DNA of 60,196 nt, filler included, from Sphacelaria rigidula (Eukaryota), in assembly GCA_964200075.2 (NCBI GenBank). It is 7 parts of 7 records of this genome, joined end to end, with 100 filler letters (N's around TTAATTAATTAA, not from the genome) between each part and the next. Parts side by side here need not be neighbours in the genome. Positions count along the whole stretch, not along the records: positions 17,230 to 25,743 come from CAXNAA020010919.1; positions 25,844 to 34,357 come from CAXNAA020010920.1; positions 34,458 to 42,970 come from CAXNAA020010921.1; 4 more parts are not named here. One strand, given 5' to 3'. Shown piece after piece: positions 21,511 to 34,645 of this stretch (position 1 is its first letter; every line of letters starts with the position of its first letter). Below the pieces are notes generated by a model, which was not told the origin of the DNA, made no database searches, and worked only from the letters and a program-made list of their open reading frames with translations. Both the position numbers and the translations under genes were made by a program.

Positions 21511-23864
21511 AGATGAACGTTTTTGTCTCCATCTTTCTTGAAAATTGACTCCTCTCTTTTCACCGTCCAGGGGTGGCATTCTACGCGCACGAAGTTGAGT
21601 TTTGCACATGAAAATGGGGCAGCGCATTCTGTTCATTGCCCTTTACCGAGGGATACTAAGTCTATATTCGCGTTGACAAAAACAAAATGATGCTTGGGGT
21701 GATGCTTGTACTACTGATCTCCCGTTGCAGCAAGCCTCTCCAGGCCACCATACCTGGTAGCATGCAAAAACCCTTGGAAAATGATCATATCATGTATGTG
21801 CACATTCGGTGGATGACGACCCGTATAATGTATATCGGTACATTGGTGCAACCGCCGTGCAGGTGGGCTAACAGTACAACTGAAAATATATGTTGGGAAC
21901 ATGCCGGTTCGATTTGCGACGAATATTTTTTTTTCCCCAGTAACTGGTCATCGTCGTCCAAAGTGTTAACGCGCGAGTAGCAAAAAGACATTATTCGACA
22001 AGTGTCAATGCGGTGCGGGAGTGTTGGTTCAATCTGCGATACCAAATCGCAAGGCGTGAACGGGGGAATACATGAGTTGGTTGATCTCTTGAGGCACACT
22101 TTCAACCATAGATTCGTCCCGAAGGGGGCGGATTGAAAGTGTGTCAACGAAGGAATAAAATGGTGTCCCTAATGACCATTGCCAATACATTGCAATGTGC
22201 TGAAATTCATTTCGCAATGGGTTGACGTTAACCAACGTGTATTGGTCCCACTGTACAGCTCTCTTCATGCATCGCCCTTGCTTTTTCCGGTTTTCAATGC
22301 GAATTCGATTATAGATTTCCAAATCCCGTTTGTCGTGCAAACATAAGTCCGTCTTGGCACAAAAACGCATCTCTCTATCCAATAACGTGAAAACAAGGGC
22401 ACCAACAGTACAACACCAATTGAATTAATTGTGTGTAGTATCTCCAAAGATCGAGATTCAGCCTCGCCGCGTGTCGTTGCTTTTCCTTCCTGTGGTGCCC
22501 CAACGCTGAAATAATGCAATTGTGCAGCTACTTTCAATACCAGTGGTTACTATACTCCACAGGGAAAACGAGTTTTTACACCATAACAATGCGGGTCTTG
22601 GAACCTCTGTGCGGTCCTCTCTTGAACCATTTCGTTCTGGACTGTTTTCGCACCCCTATGCGATGACTCCGATATGTGTGATGACCCCGATACCTGTGTG
22701 GGAATTGAAATGAATCTTTTGGTCTTGCTGCTCGACGCATATCTCTGTGCGATGGCTCCGACGTGTGCGAGACTGAATGAAACGATGGCGACGATACGGG
22801 GTGATTATTGCGAACATCCCTTCCTATGCGGTAACACCGATATTCGCGATACGGAATAAACCCTCACGGCGGCGATACTGGCACTTCTTGTGTACTACTG
22901 CTGTAACAGGACCCACGTGCGTTTCCATAGTGGAACACATCACACACGCGCGCGCGCACACACCAAAACAAACCAAACCAAAAACGCGGCGAGATACAAC
23001 GCGGTGAAATACGAAAAGGCTAGTTTGGGTAGCCGCCGCAAACGAAGAACGACGTGGTTGTCTGCTGAACATTTGCCCATTTGGCTGCCAGCTTTGTCCC
23101 TGGTTGCTGCTACGTTTCCCTTTGGTTTTCATTTTCCGTCCCGAGAACTCTGTGTTCTGCAGACTATATACTTGCAGGTCACGCTATATGTGTGTGTTTT
23201 TTGCGTACTTGGTTGAGTGGATACCTTTTATCGATTCAATAAAAAAAGAATTACCTAACGGATTTTGATGCGTGGACCGCCATGGTGCCAAGAACACAAC
23301 CGTGGAGCCCACGATGAAGAACCCGCGATGTACCAGCACTACGACCGTTGCACCGCAATAAGTGCCCCGGAACCACTCGCGGTGCTCGAACTCGCCCCGA
23401 AAGTTAGGGAACTCTTGCGTTCATCGCCCCCCTGTATGTTAACCTTGATGCCTGTGCGACCATCGCATTACATCATTTGGTCATGTTTTTTCTTACGCAA
23501 CTCTGTGCCATGACCCCGATATGTGCGGAGACCCTGATATGTGCGGAGACCCCGATGTATGCCAAGATCCGCATTGCTACATTACACTGTACGAGTCACA
23601 CTAAAACCACAAAATCATAATACCGGTCAGCCCCAGGGCGCCAACCCCCCTCCCTCGTTATTAGCTTTGATTTCCAGCATTTTCAGTTTGTGCTCCCGTT
23701 TTTAACACCTGACTTACCCCTGCTCCAGCCCGAATTTTCGTTTCGGTCTTTCTGGTGGCCAGAGGGGTAACATGTGATGCTCATATTGCAACGTTTCATG
23801 CTTTCATGTGATGGTCATCGTGTGCAAAATGTTGTTGTGAGAGTGTACAAGACGTACGTAACGC

Positions 23865-23988
23865 ATCAACACTGTGTCTACACCCGGATAACCGCACCAG
23901 AGCGTAAAACGTTGAAATGTGGTGTATGTATCAACACTGTGTCTACACCCGGATAACCGCACCAGAGCGTAAAACGTTGAAATGTGGG
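23865..23988 (+). repeat. Tandem duplication (~65 bp x2)
   Basis: atcaacactgtgtctacacccggataaccgcaccagagcgtaaaacgttgaaatgtgg occurs twice. Confidence 0.9.
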
Positions 23989-24642
23989 CGCTCCAAGGCA
24001 CCCTTCTAGTCATCAGTTCGTCGTTATCGCGACACGGGGCGTCGTCGCGTTGGGGTGGGGTTTAGATGCTACTATAGGGCTAGATTTAGTTATGCCGGCG
24101 AAGGTATCGCTTCAGAAAGGGCCATTTCTTGGCGACGGTTTTGTTGGCGCTCATCACCTGAAACAATGGACTAGAATAAATCGGCAAAGATCTTGTGTTC
24201 ACGTCCCAAAGCGGCGGATATTGCGGTAGTCCATGGTTGACCGTCTCGAACCTGACTGCGCTTCATTTCTGACAGTTGCAAACCCGCATACAGCACCCCT
24301 ATTTCCCGAGCACGTCCCGGAATTGCCATGTCTAGCCAGTTGAAAGCTATCAAGATGAGGTAAAACAAATGATACGGCAGTTCTTCAACCTTTGGACAGC
24401 GAGGGTGGGCTATCTGTCGAATCTCCACTCACATCGCTTGGAAATGATTTCGACTTATATAACCCGCCTGCAGTCGAAGGGTTTAACTTCGACTGCGTCC
24501 ATTTGAGTCGTTCATAGATACTGAAAATGATGCCGATTATACTGATGAGCGCACCCTGGCAGTCGAAATGCCAAGTACTGCTTAGTCTTCTTGAGTGAGT
24601 CAAGGCCCAAGTCACCACCTCATAGCAAGTCGCTCAGCTCGT

Positions 24643-24726
24643 CGCATACAGCGTCACTCAGCTCTGCCGCCTCACGCAGTCACGCATACAGCGTCACTCA
24701 GCTCTGCCGCCTCACGCAGTCACGCG
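24643..24726 (+). repeat. Tandem duplication (40 bp x2)
   Basis: cgcatacagcgtcactcagctctgccgcctcacgcagtca occurs twice. Confidence 0.9.
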
Positions 24727-25743
24727 TAGACCCGTACTTCAATGCTGTCCTACTGTACATCGGCTAACTCTACACGTTCCCGCCAGCGGGGATGTCTTGC
24801 TTTACTGGGCGTTTGACTCTCCATGTCTACGATTGTCCCATTTGTCTGTTTCCCCGCCAAAAAACCTGTCGTCAAGAATGATCCCGGCTCTTGCCAGAGG
24901 GTGCGCTCGGTAGACGTGCCATTTCACCAAGTGTGAACAAAAATTAAACATGGAGCTGTTTTGTACCGCCTACGGTTACGATGCAGGCCATCGCTCAGGA
25001 TCACTCACGACTGCTCACGTCATGAACATGTGTGCATACACGGCCGCGCCGTCGGCACCATCTCTCTCTGAGAGTACCGTCTATGAATATTGGCAACCCC
25101 AGCGGAATATGGAACGTTGCAATATTCGCCCCAAAAGTGCCCGTTGGCCACAATGTGAGCTATACTGTAGTGCGAGGTGGTGAAGGATGTTCAGCTGTAC
25201 GGCTACGCCCTCGATCTGTGCGCGTCGCTCGTATCCATGTGCTTGTCACACGAGACTCAAGTATATATGAATTATTTAATATAAATGTAAGGCATGAACG
25301 ACCTTTTTTGGAATATTGCTACGCTCGACGTTGACTTGCAGAGCCTCAGGTGGTTAGCTCTCGTGGCTTCCCAGCGGCTGCTCCTGACGCAGCCAATGGG
25401 CCGACAAAGAATGAGGGAAGCCGGAGACGCTCGCAGAGGATTTGCCTTGCCGCAAGCAGTGGTTGTGCCGGTGCGAACACCCAAGTTTCTTCATTGTTCG
25501 GGATTTCGTGTGTACAATACACTACGGTACTGAGATTCACACCGCACCCTGGTATAGGACACCTGAGTTTGATTATCGGAGCATTGTACGGTGCTTATCG
25601 TTTTCGACCTTGTGCCAGCTGCGTTCAGCCGCGAGCTTTAGCTCAGCGTCAGAGCCATGCTACGATAGGGGGGGGGGGGGTGTACTCATGATCATGCATG
25701 CCATAGTCATAAGACCTAGGGAGGGGGGGGGGGGGGGGGGGGG

Positions 25744-25843
25744 NNNNNNNNNNNNNNNNNNNNNNNNNNNNNNNNNNNNNNNNNNNNTTAATTAATTAAN
25801 NNNNNNNNNNNNNNNNNNNNNNNNNNNNNNNNNNNNNNNNNNN
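25744..25843. other. Artificial contig spacer
   Basis: N44-TTAATTAATTAA-N44. Confidence 0.97.
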
Positions 25844-25944
25844 CCTACTGATTATCTTGCATTTGGGTGACAGCCTACAATGAGTTGCTCTATTGTCTGG
25901 TATCGCCACTTGGCGAATGGGGGGGTGGGGTGGGTGGGGGGTGT

Positions 25945-26445
25945 ACTCATGATCATGCATGCCATAGTCACATGGCCATTTGCCTCGCATCCCTACACAA
26001 AGCCAGGACGGAGCACGCCGGGTTTTTGGCGGACCACGAGTACTCATTCACCAAGCGCGAAGCGCCGCGTGATGTGTTCGGCAAGTTTCATGAAGGGTGA
26101 GCTGCATCCTGCTAAGGTTGTTCGGCCCGAAGCGTACTGATGATCTTACATTTGAATGGCAACCTCCAATGAGTTGCTTCATTTTCTGGTATTGGTACTT
26201 GCATCGAGAGCCACGGCTTATGCACTGCCTCATGGGTGTCTCATGACTTGAACACTACGGGGAGTACGTTTATCCCCTTTGTTGTGCGGAGTTGAGGTTC
26301 TCCCACGCCACACAAGATGATCTTTAATAGCTCGACCACCATCGTCATGGTTACCGAATCCCGCCCGCAAGAGCGCAAAAAGGAATAGGTAACGTTGTTG
26401 CCTAGCTTATACGCAGCAAGTGGCGTGTTTTACAGCGTCATCGCC
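25945..26445 (-). repeat. Second copy of the 21050-21510 repeat family
   Basis: Shared blocks such as tgaggcagtg.at.agccgtggct, cttagcagg.tgcagctcacc and gccgaacacatcacg. Confidence 0.7.
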
Positions 26446-28293
26446 GGCGTTTCTCTTGGGGGGGGGGGGGGGGGCCATGTTAGGATCCACTAGCACCTGC
26501 CGCCTCGCAGGACGTGGGAAAAAAAAGCCAAAAATTATNNNNNNNNNNTGTTGGTCCTTTGTTTGGGCTGGGTGGGGGGTTTTTGTGGCGGCCGCCCGGG
26601 GGGTGGTGTGGGGGGGGGGGGGGGGGGGGTCCATAATAGTAGTACCTACCCCCTTCCCCCCCCCCGTGAGAGGTTCAAAACCATAAAAAAATCATGGGTA
26701 CACATGAGTGTGCGGGATTTTTTTTCGTGCACCAACCCTGACTTTACCACTCATGAGCTAGTGAGGAGAATACATGTGACCTCTCAGCTAACAGGCAGTG
26801 CTGACTGTTGGCACAGTGATTATGTGCACAATCCTAAAAAGCCGGCCCCAATCGGGAAGTAGTGCGCTGCGATGATTATATCTAGTATATTCCAGAAAGC
26901 GGTATAAAAAAAAGTATCGTCGTATACATGATGAAGGCAAGATTGTGGCAATTGAATTGTTCCGTTATGAGGAAAAGTTCAATGGAGAACAGAATCCTCG
27001 TCCCCATACCTGTTCGAGATACCTGATCTTCTGTTGTTCGCGTGTTCAAGAACAGTATTATTATGCTGTTCAGAAAGCAGATTGCAAACACACACCGCAG
27101 AGCTATCTAAGATGCAAAAAAAGTCAGCACAACATAAAGTGCCATCTGTCCACGGGTGCAGTCGCATTGCCACCGACAAGTCTACTGCAGGAAAAATCTG
27201 GTGTGCCCTTCGTCCGCACGCGCCTTCCTGTTTCGACGCACATCACATGTGTCAATACGTTATCCAATTACTGTACAGCTATTATACTCTCGTGAGGGCA
27301 GGCTATACCAATCTGATGCGCGTGCCCGTTAGGAATCAAAATGGTATGAGAGGGTGTTGTTGGACCGAAAGCGGAATCTGATCCCCACCGTACGTGCAGT
27401 AGTAGTGCTGATGCACACGTACCTTGCACGTACAGCAAAAATAGAAAAAAAAGATCATGCTTGGATCTGCTTGGATCATGCTCTGTATTTTTCCCGATAT
27501 TTGACCTGAAAAAGTACCGCATCACTAGATGTTCTGTAAACGTTTCGGAACCTTGTTATAAACTCTTGTAGCACTTGGCAAGGTGTGGTCAGGTAAACTT
27601 TCACGCGTATATACACCAGCAGCAAATGTATACGAACAGGAATAGAATGGGGTCCATGAAAATGGTGCACGCAAAGGTCCGCGGCAAGTTGTCTACCAGT
27701 CATCAATCCCCACAATAAATACTCCTGCGTAACCTGTCATGATGTACACTACAGTATACTGTACTGTCTGTATGTCAGGTGTACCGGTATTTGTTCTCTA
27801 TTTCTGGTGCGGGGAAATATGAGTAATTCTACTTACTAGAGATACGGTACTTTGTATATATCAATGATACACACTACAGTACGCAAGTTTCTGCTGAACA
27901 TTTGGAAATAGGGACGGTCAGTTGTCTCGTACCACAACCATAACTATTATCTATCGTGCTCTCGACTCGATATGTCGATGACTACAAAAAGGAACGGAAG
28001 AAGTAGATCGATAGTAGATAGCAGCACCGTCTGCGCCTTCACCGACATTCAGCCCACCACCACAGGGCACACACATAGACGTTAACTTTCCACACGCGCA
28101 TACAGAATAAACAAACGGCGAAACGCGAACGTCTGGTCCCTGCAGTACAGTGTACTACAACCGACGGGAGTATTATTTATTTGGTGTTGAGTGAACTTCC
28201 GAGTATTAATCCTGTACTACAATCTGTATCATCGGTGTTCTCCTGTACTCCACAAATGTGCAATAGAGCTGCAGTCCGTCGTTTCGACCACGG

Positions 28294-28311
28294 ATGGTGG
28301 AATCCCGGAAG
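28294..28311 (+). CDS. Possible first coding micro-exon (MVESRK) of a + strand gene
   Basis: ATG GTG GAA TCC CGG AAG|gtatag; phase 0 is compatible with the 29886 exon. Confidence 0.25.
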
Positions 28312-29885
28312 GTATAGACGTGGGGGGAGGGATTGCGATGCGCTAAGCGGATATCGGTCGGTAAGGTGTATCAAGACACGGGAGTGTAGCCGACAGCTTT
28401 CGACCTTCTTATTAAAAAACTCCCACCTATATCCTGTCGACGGAATACATGTGATACTTGTACTATACCAGCGCGCAAGACAGACAGGTGACATGTCAAG
28501 TTTGACGGGTACACGAGTGTGGAGCTCATCCTCACATGATTTATTACTTTTGCATGGGCTCCTGATATCTTCGCTCTACGCTGTGGACGCTTCACTTGTG
28601 AGTCTTTGCGAGCTAGTTGAGCGTGATATTTCAATAGGAATGCAATGAATTGACGGCAACATGCTTATCTACCTAACTCGTCGTGCAGACTCGTGGGGGA
28701 TATTGCCCCCAAAAGCAATATCCGTTGCTCGACGACGGCGGTCTGAATCAACGTACAGTGCAGTCTGTACTGGTTGATACATGGAACATGCAAATCGACA
28801 GAAACTGATTTGAGAAACTGCACGCAGCATGACGGTGAGAACCATGAGAACAGCGTGTGCAGGATAGAAGTAGGGAGAGGAAAATGTGTGCGTGTATGGG
28901 TGTCCGTGTCGACCCTGTGTCGACAAACGGAGATTGCGCGATCTTCCAGCTTCACCGATTTTGCCGGTTCGTCGGTGTGACGGTTGGATTCAATCGACGT
29001 TACAGATAATGGTTGATATTCATATGTACAATCAAAATAGGAGGTATTGTTCCAGGTTTTGAACACGAAAAGACCGCTGGGTGCGTCTCCGTTCGAGGTA
29101 GTCTGTACTACTACTGTACTGACTGTGTGCTGTTAGTTGGAGCGGGTGCCACTTTTCTCTGAGGAAGGAGGACACTCATCGTCACTGTGAATCCAGGTAA
29201 GCTATGTAGTATCTCCATCTATCTTCTCGGGCGCACGGGGGCTGATGACCGCTGGCTGAACTTTTGTGTAAAATGATCTGAAATGGAAAAGAGGTGTGGT
29301 GGCTCTGAAAGGATGTTCAGGAGGGAGACCACGGGCCGCCCCAGGTTGAGCGTTTGTCGATTTACCACACCCCACTCCACGATGGAGGACAGGGCACTTC
29401 CCAGGCATGTTTTTGACATTAATGCGCTTGTGGTCTTTGTCTCGGGGTAAAGGGGGAGGGGGGGGGAGGTATGGGGGGACGTTTTGCAATGGAGCTGACA
29501 TCTGCGCGTATTCTGAAAAAATGATCTACATTGTATTCGGTATTTGATATTTGTTTTCTAATGTGCCAAGACCTGCTGTTACCACAGCATACATCAGTAC
29601 AGTCAACTCAGTACAGACAAAAGGTTTCTTGTATTGTTGTATCACCTATATGACCTTTTGGCAAGTGTGTGTCAGGTGGCGTTCGAGGTTTCGTTTTTCA
29701 CCTTGGTGGACAAGCTCTGCCGTGCCCCATATTCGGCCTCTTTCCCCCCCCCCGTGTCGTGAAGACGTTTGCTTGAGCGTAACCGCCTGTACTCTACTGC
29801 AACACGCCTACAAGTCTGTCTCTGGTTAGTCGTCTGCATGCGTGGCAAACCATCGTTTTCGTGTATGTTATGTGTTCAGGGTTAG

Positions 29886-29972
29886 CTGGTTGACGAGGGA
29901 GTTATGGAGCCAGCCGGCCCAGGTCAGGCGGAGGACGAGCAGTCCTTCGTTTTCCCTCCTCAACGCAGACCG
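29886..29972 (+). CDS. Small exon (LVDEGVMEPAGPGQAEDEQSFVFPPQRRP), unknown protein
   Basis: ttag|CTG acceptor (or ATG at 29904) and strong donor CCG|gtacgt. Phase 0 matches the exon at 33458. Confidence 0.45.
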
Positions 29973-30312
29973 GTACGTGCGTCCTGGAGAGAATGACTTC
30001 ATGCTACATTTGGTTCTAGCCATCGTATGTTCGACTTCCATCGATACTTGATGAATACGCTGCGGGTAACACTGATGTTTAAGTGTGTATGATCCGGCGA
30101 GTAGAGTTCTTCAGGTCAAATATTCCCTTCCCAGGTGCGGAACGACTACTTCTACGGTAGCATGCATATATTGCAGAGGGAAAAACGATTTCGTCCTTGA
30201 CTGCACCGCAGATCACTGGCGCGATGACGAGGTGACACATCAATCAAGCGAGTATTTCATCCGACCCTGAAAAAAAGCAGGCACGTCTCCACCGCCCACA
30301 TTCATGGTGGGG

Positions 30313-33130
30313 TTGTTGTCGAGAGCTTTGGTGTTGGAGGCCGAGTTGGGGACACGCTCATGAAAAAACGGGAGGAGATTTTGCTGTTCAGTGTGGATGC
30401 GGGTGCTGCTGCCTTCCCGTACCCTGTATTCCAGAATCAGGAGACCCCCGCAGTTGTTTCTTTGAAATTCCCGACAACAATTTGCTGCAGGTTTCCAAGT
30501 TGTATCGACCACAGTATAGCGTACACACCAGGGTGACAATTTTCCGATCAAGCAACACTCCCCGCCCTCCCCGCCCTCCTCGCCACCCCCGCCCTTCCTA
30601 CGAATCCACCCACTCTCTTCAATTGTAAGTGTATCGACTTTTCACTCACAACAACTTCTCGCTGGCGCGAATTCCCATGAACATCAAGGAATAGTGTGTC
30701 AACGGTGTGTCCCTCTATTTGATTAGACTTTCAAACCTAACTTTTCCTCTGGCGAGTCAATTCACGGACGAATTTGGAGATTACTCCGACCTTCCTGCGT
30801 AGCGGCGACCAAGTACCCTCCTTCTCGACTGTTTTCTGTGCGCCTTTCATTTTCTCTACCTGGCCCACTCTCCCCACATCCCTTCGTTGATGACGATGAT
30901 CATGAAGGGTGCCGGCAAATCACACCGTAGGGCGGCATCTTCGCCTGCTATCGATCATGACTTCGGGCGCAGTCCAGGCAGCATGTATTCCTCGGGACCT
31001 TTTGGCGTGCTGGGCGAGTCCAGTAACGGCTTATTTTCGCCCAGGTGATGTTGGTGATGATGCGCTCATGAGCCGTGCCATGGTGATCAACCGTGTCGTT
31101 GATTCCTCTGCCTCTCTGTTTGGTCCCCCAATAATTATGGATTTGTATTTTTCCTCTCGTATGCTTGAGTGGTCGCTTCTGTTGTGTGGCATGTCGTGCC
31201 GTCTGCTATTCCATGGCTGGCTTCAGAGAGTGAGATGTTGCATACACCGCGTGGGGCCGCAGATTATGTTGGTCAGTTTTAGGTATTGCTTCTTCCGTGG
31301 AGTGCACATGTTCTTGCCCTCGGATCTGGCGATGTACATGAACGAGAATGAGGGGCACCCGGTGCATTTTCATTATGCATTATCCCCTTGCCTTTGAAAC
31401 TTCGAAATGCGAAGTACATGCGTTCTGGCTGGCGCCCATGAGGTGCAACGGCATCGGGGGGGATCGGAGGAGCAGTCCACTACTTTGCCCCATCCATGAT
31501 GCTGCACTCGACAGTCTCGTACTGTCACTGAGATGACCTAATGTTCCAAAAACCAAAAATATTTGCTGATGTTGATGGTACAAATATAGTGAGATATTCC
31601 GCCACACGCATAGAAATCGGGGACCTGCAAGCTGACACTTTTGAATTGAAGCCTTGATTCATTTGCACACGTGATGATAGCATCCACTGGGGCGCAATGC
31701 CGAGTTGGGCATACAGTCACGGCTGATACCAACCTCATGGTGAGGAATGTGTACCTCGAGGCGATGGAAAGTACTCGTTTCTAGTAGAGCGTAGTCGTTG
31801 TTTGTGCCGAATATTTCTGACGAAGGTTTTGATCAGAACTCAAGCGGAGCTCGAGGCAGCAGTGAAGAAATTACACACGTACAAACTTTTCGCTGTTATT
31901 CTTATGTGTGGTTACGCTTCCCGTGTCACGTGTACGATGGTGCTTTCAACTGTAGGCTGGCAATTGGACTGTCTAAGGGACACCGAGAGACCGCAAGTGG
32001 AGACTTCACGATGTCGACAGAAGCGGGCGACACGTGAGTATTTGAAACCGGGTACTTTCGCACCAACAATATTGCTTGATGAGTCTTTGAGTAGCTAGAC
32101 AAGCCGCTGTCTACTTGGAGGCGTGCGGCGTAGCCGTTAGTCACACGGCCTTTGTGCGCGTGTGGCAGGCTTCGGCAAAACACGGGCGCAGCTACGGGAG
32201 GCAAAGTGTGGAGTGAAGAAGAGAGCTTGATCGCTGTTTGAAGTAGGTATATGCGCGTGGAGTCTACGGGGATTATTCCGTAGGGCTCTACAGACAGTCG
32301 CACAAGTCAAGGTATCCCTGATACCATCCCCCTCTTTTTTCTTCGTTTGCGTGCGTTCGGAGGTCATAATGAGAGTTTTGCCCCCCTAATTTGGACGAAA
32401 TGGCAAGTTGCTCTACGAAAGATTGAAGCCTCGTCGGCATATTTATATTCTTCGGCAAAGGCGCACTATCGCTTGCCCAGCCAACATTGAGTGCAATCGA
32501 CGGCGAAAAGTTGCTCATGGTTAGGTGTTTTTTTCCGATTTTCGAGGTGTAATCGTCCAAGCTTTGCAGTGGGGACGGGAAGAAATGGGCATGACGGAGA
32601 GGTGATATCCCGTCTGATGGCGAAGCACCGCCGCCTCCTCCACGGATCTCACGGTCAATACGTGCCCCTCCAGGAGGAAGCATTTTTGTAATTCCTACTC
32701 TTCAATGCTATGTTGATGTTTATGTTCCCTCTCCCGGGCAAATATTCCCGCAGGTCGTTCACGTCGAGCTTGGACTCATTGTTCCACCGAGGGGGCTTGG
32801 AGAGTCTTCGTTCAGACTTTCTCAAGGTGCGAAATCCAAACACAAACGTCTTATCATACTCGCCTTGATTCCGGCTCTCGACGCTTTCTTCTTTTCATGT
32901 TCGTGTCCTCTTGGGTTTCCAACCGTCTTGCTGGGGTCTCGCACGAAGATGCTGTTGCCTGCCCGACCCGAAACACGAAAGGCGGGGGGTTTCGTGGTGG
33001 AACACCGAAACTGTAGGAGTCCAGTCGGTTCTGGCTTCTGAAACTGTTTCGGTAGCCGTCGAACAGGTCTCACGATGCATGACATCCAATTCGAAAACTG
33101 AAGAGTTGCAAGGGAGCTAGCATCTACACC
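30313..33130 (-). mobile_element. Highly decayed LTR-element-like remnants inside an intron
   Basis: On the - strand, purine tracts directly followed by TG at ~30557 (ggagggcgggag|tgttg) and ~32328 (gaagaaaaaagaggggga|tg). Met-PBS-like tggtatcagc at ~31730. No intact domains recognised. Confidence 0.3.
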
Positions 33131-33457
33131 ACACCTGTGTCGTGCTGGCAGTCTCGCGCAGTTTTTTTCGGGACGGGCTCAAAACTCAATCCTATTTCCG
33201 ATGCCCGTGTACGCACAGGGCGCACCCGGTTATCATGTTTGCTCTTCTTTTGTCCCGAGTGGTTGCGGTCTTGTGCTCTTGTCCTCGAGTGGTGGCGACG
33301 CCTCGCCTCGCCTCACCTCACCTCACGACGCTCTCACGTTTAATACACTACGCATGCCCCTTACAAGCACACTGCACAATCCAAACATTGCATTGATCTA
33401 AATGTACAACTGCGTTACCGTCAACCAACCGTTGTCTGCCGTTTGGCCCTTCAACAG

Positions 33458-34100
33458 ATGGATTTGGGACGACGGCGCATCTCCGAGGACGAGCGCGAGC
33501 GCGTGGGCAGTCACCTTTCCAGCACCGAATCGGAAAGCGTCCGGGCAAGCACGGGGGGTGGAGGTTCATCTCGCCCCGCTTCTCTTCCGCGCTCCTTCAG
33601 CGCTACGGAGGCAAGCGCCGTCGCCAACCTCAGCGTATCGACTGCTGACGTGATCCACCGCACTAGCGACCGGAACGTCGTTTCCCCCTCCAACGCTACC
33701 CTCAGAATGCTGGCGGCAACCGGCGGGACGTCATCTACGACGGTGAGGCTTTCCCCATCGGCCGGCGCCCCGTTGGATGTCAACGGCGGCACTTCGTCGG
33801 TTGCCGTCTCAGGCGTCCTGGGCACACCTCGCGCTGGTGGGAGTGGCAGCAACAACGCTGCCAGTAATGGCCCCAGCGGAGACTCGGGTCGAGGACCTTC
33901 GGCCGCCCATCAGAACCACCACGCTGCGACGAATGGCCGAGTGAGCCGGAGCAATGGGGTTGGCCAGTCCGCGGGCGGTCGGGAAGGTGGAGACAGCCGT
34001 GATCGCAGGAGCAACGGTGGCGGCAGCGGAGGCTACCGTTCGCAAGGTGGGAGTGCGGGACGGCCCTCAGGAGAGGATGGTGGGCAGACGTGGATTAATG
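33458..34100 (+). CDS. Gly/Ser-rich disordered exon of an unknown gene (MDLGRRRISED...GQTWIN)
   Basis: Acceptor ggcccttcaacag|ATG, donor AATG|gtgaga, one open frame of 214 codons. Confidence 0.7.
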
Positions 34101-34290
34101 GTGAGAATGGGTTTCCGATTCAATGATGTCTTCTCCCGTCGGGGGTTGAAGTGTGGTTGGTGAGTTTTACACAAGATGTAAGGATACAGGAGTGACAGCT
34201 GAGGAGCAGTATCCGGAGGGTGATATAGAAAAAGAGTCGATGAGGTCGACTTGAAACTACTGTTTTTATCTTGCCAGAGTAGAGCCGGTC

Positions 34291-34357
34291 GCCCCGGTGG
34301 CTCAGTTGGTAACCTCGTAACCTTCTGATGGTTGAGTTGGGGGGTTCGATTCCCGGA
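34291..34357 (+). mobile_element. tRNA-derived SINE head or tRNA pseudogene (truncated by contig end)
   Basis: A box TGGCTCAGTTGG, B box GGTTCGATTCC, anticodon-like arm TAACC-TTCTGAT-GGTTG. D and T stems pair imperfectly. Confidence 0.6.
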
Positions 34358-34457
34358 NNNNNNNNNNNNNNNNNNNNNNNNNNNNNNNNNNNNNNNNNNN
34401 NTTAATTAATTAANNNNNNNNNNNNNNNNNNNNNNNNNNNNNNNNNNNNNNNNNNNN
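34358..34457. other. Artificial contig spacer
   Basis: N44-TTAATTAATTAA-N44. Confidence 0.97.
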
Positions 34458-34584
34458 CAACTTCTTGCCTACATCTCACAAGAGGAAATCATCGTCAGCT
34501 TCGGAGTTCCTTCGGCATCAGGACGACATATCTCGGGACAGCCTCCTCCCTAGTCTGTCCCTCCTTCGATACGTCTTCCTTACA
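34458..34584 (+). repeat. 3' part of the 5' LTR of element 2
   Basis: 127 bp identical to 42010-42136; ends ttccttaca. Confidence 0.93.
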
Positions 34585-34585
34585 T

Positions 34586-34608
34586 TGGCGACACCAGAAC
34601 AGAACTCA
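34586..34608 (+). promoter_or_regulatory. Primer binding site (TGGCGACACCAG...), probably for a G-discriminator tRNA such as tRNA-Ser
   Basis: TGG one nt after the LTR end; complementary to a tRNA 3' end ...CUGGUGUCGCCA. Confidence 0.65.
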
Positions 34609-34645
34609 AGTAAGACATCTAGTAGAAGGGCACACGTCTTTCACC

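Noticed and set aside
21600-22450. Possible decayed HNH or viral ORF
   Set aside because: Many stops and no convincing catalytic pattern
25660-25975. Similar sequence on both sides of the 25744 spacer suggesting true adjacency
   Set aside because: Both ends fall in the same repeat family next to poly-G, and contig lengths show size-sorted concatenation
26880-27260. Cys/His-rich stretch resembling a piggyBac C-terminal domain (..CALRPHAPSCFDAHH)
   Set aside because: Only a loose pattern; no DDD core or TTAA-flanked TIRs seen
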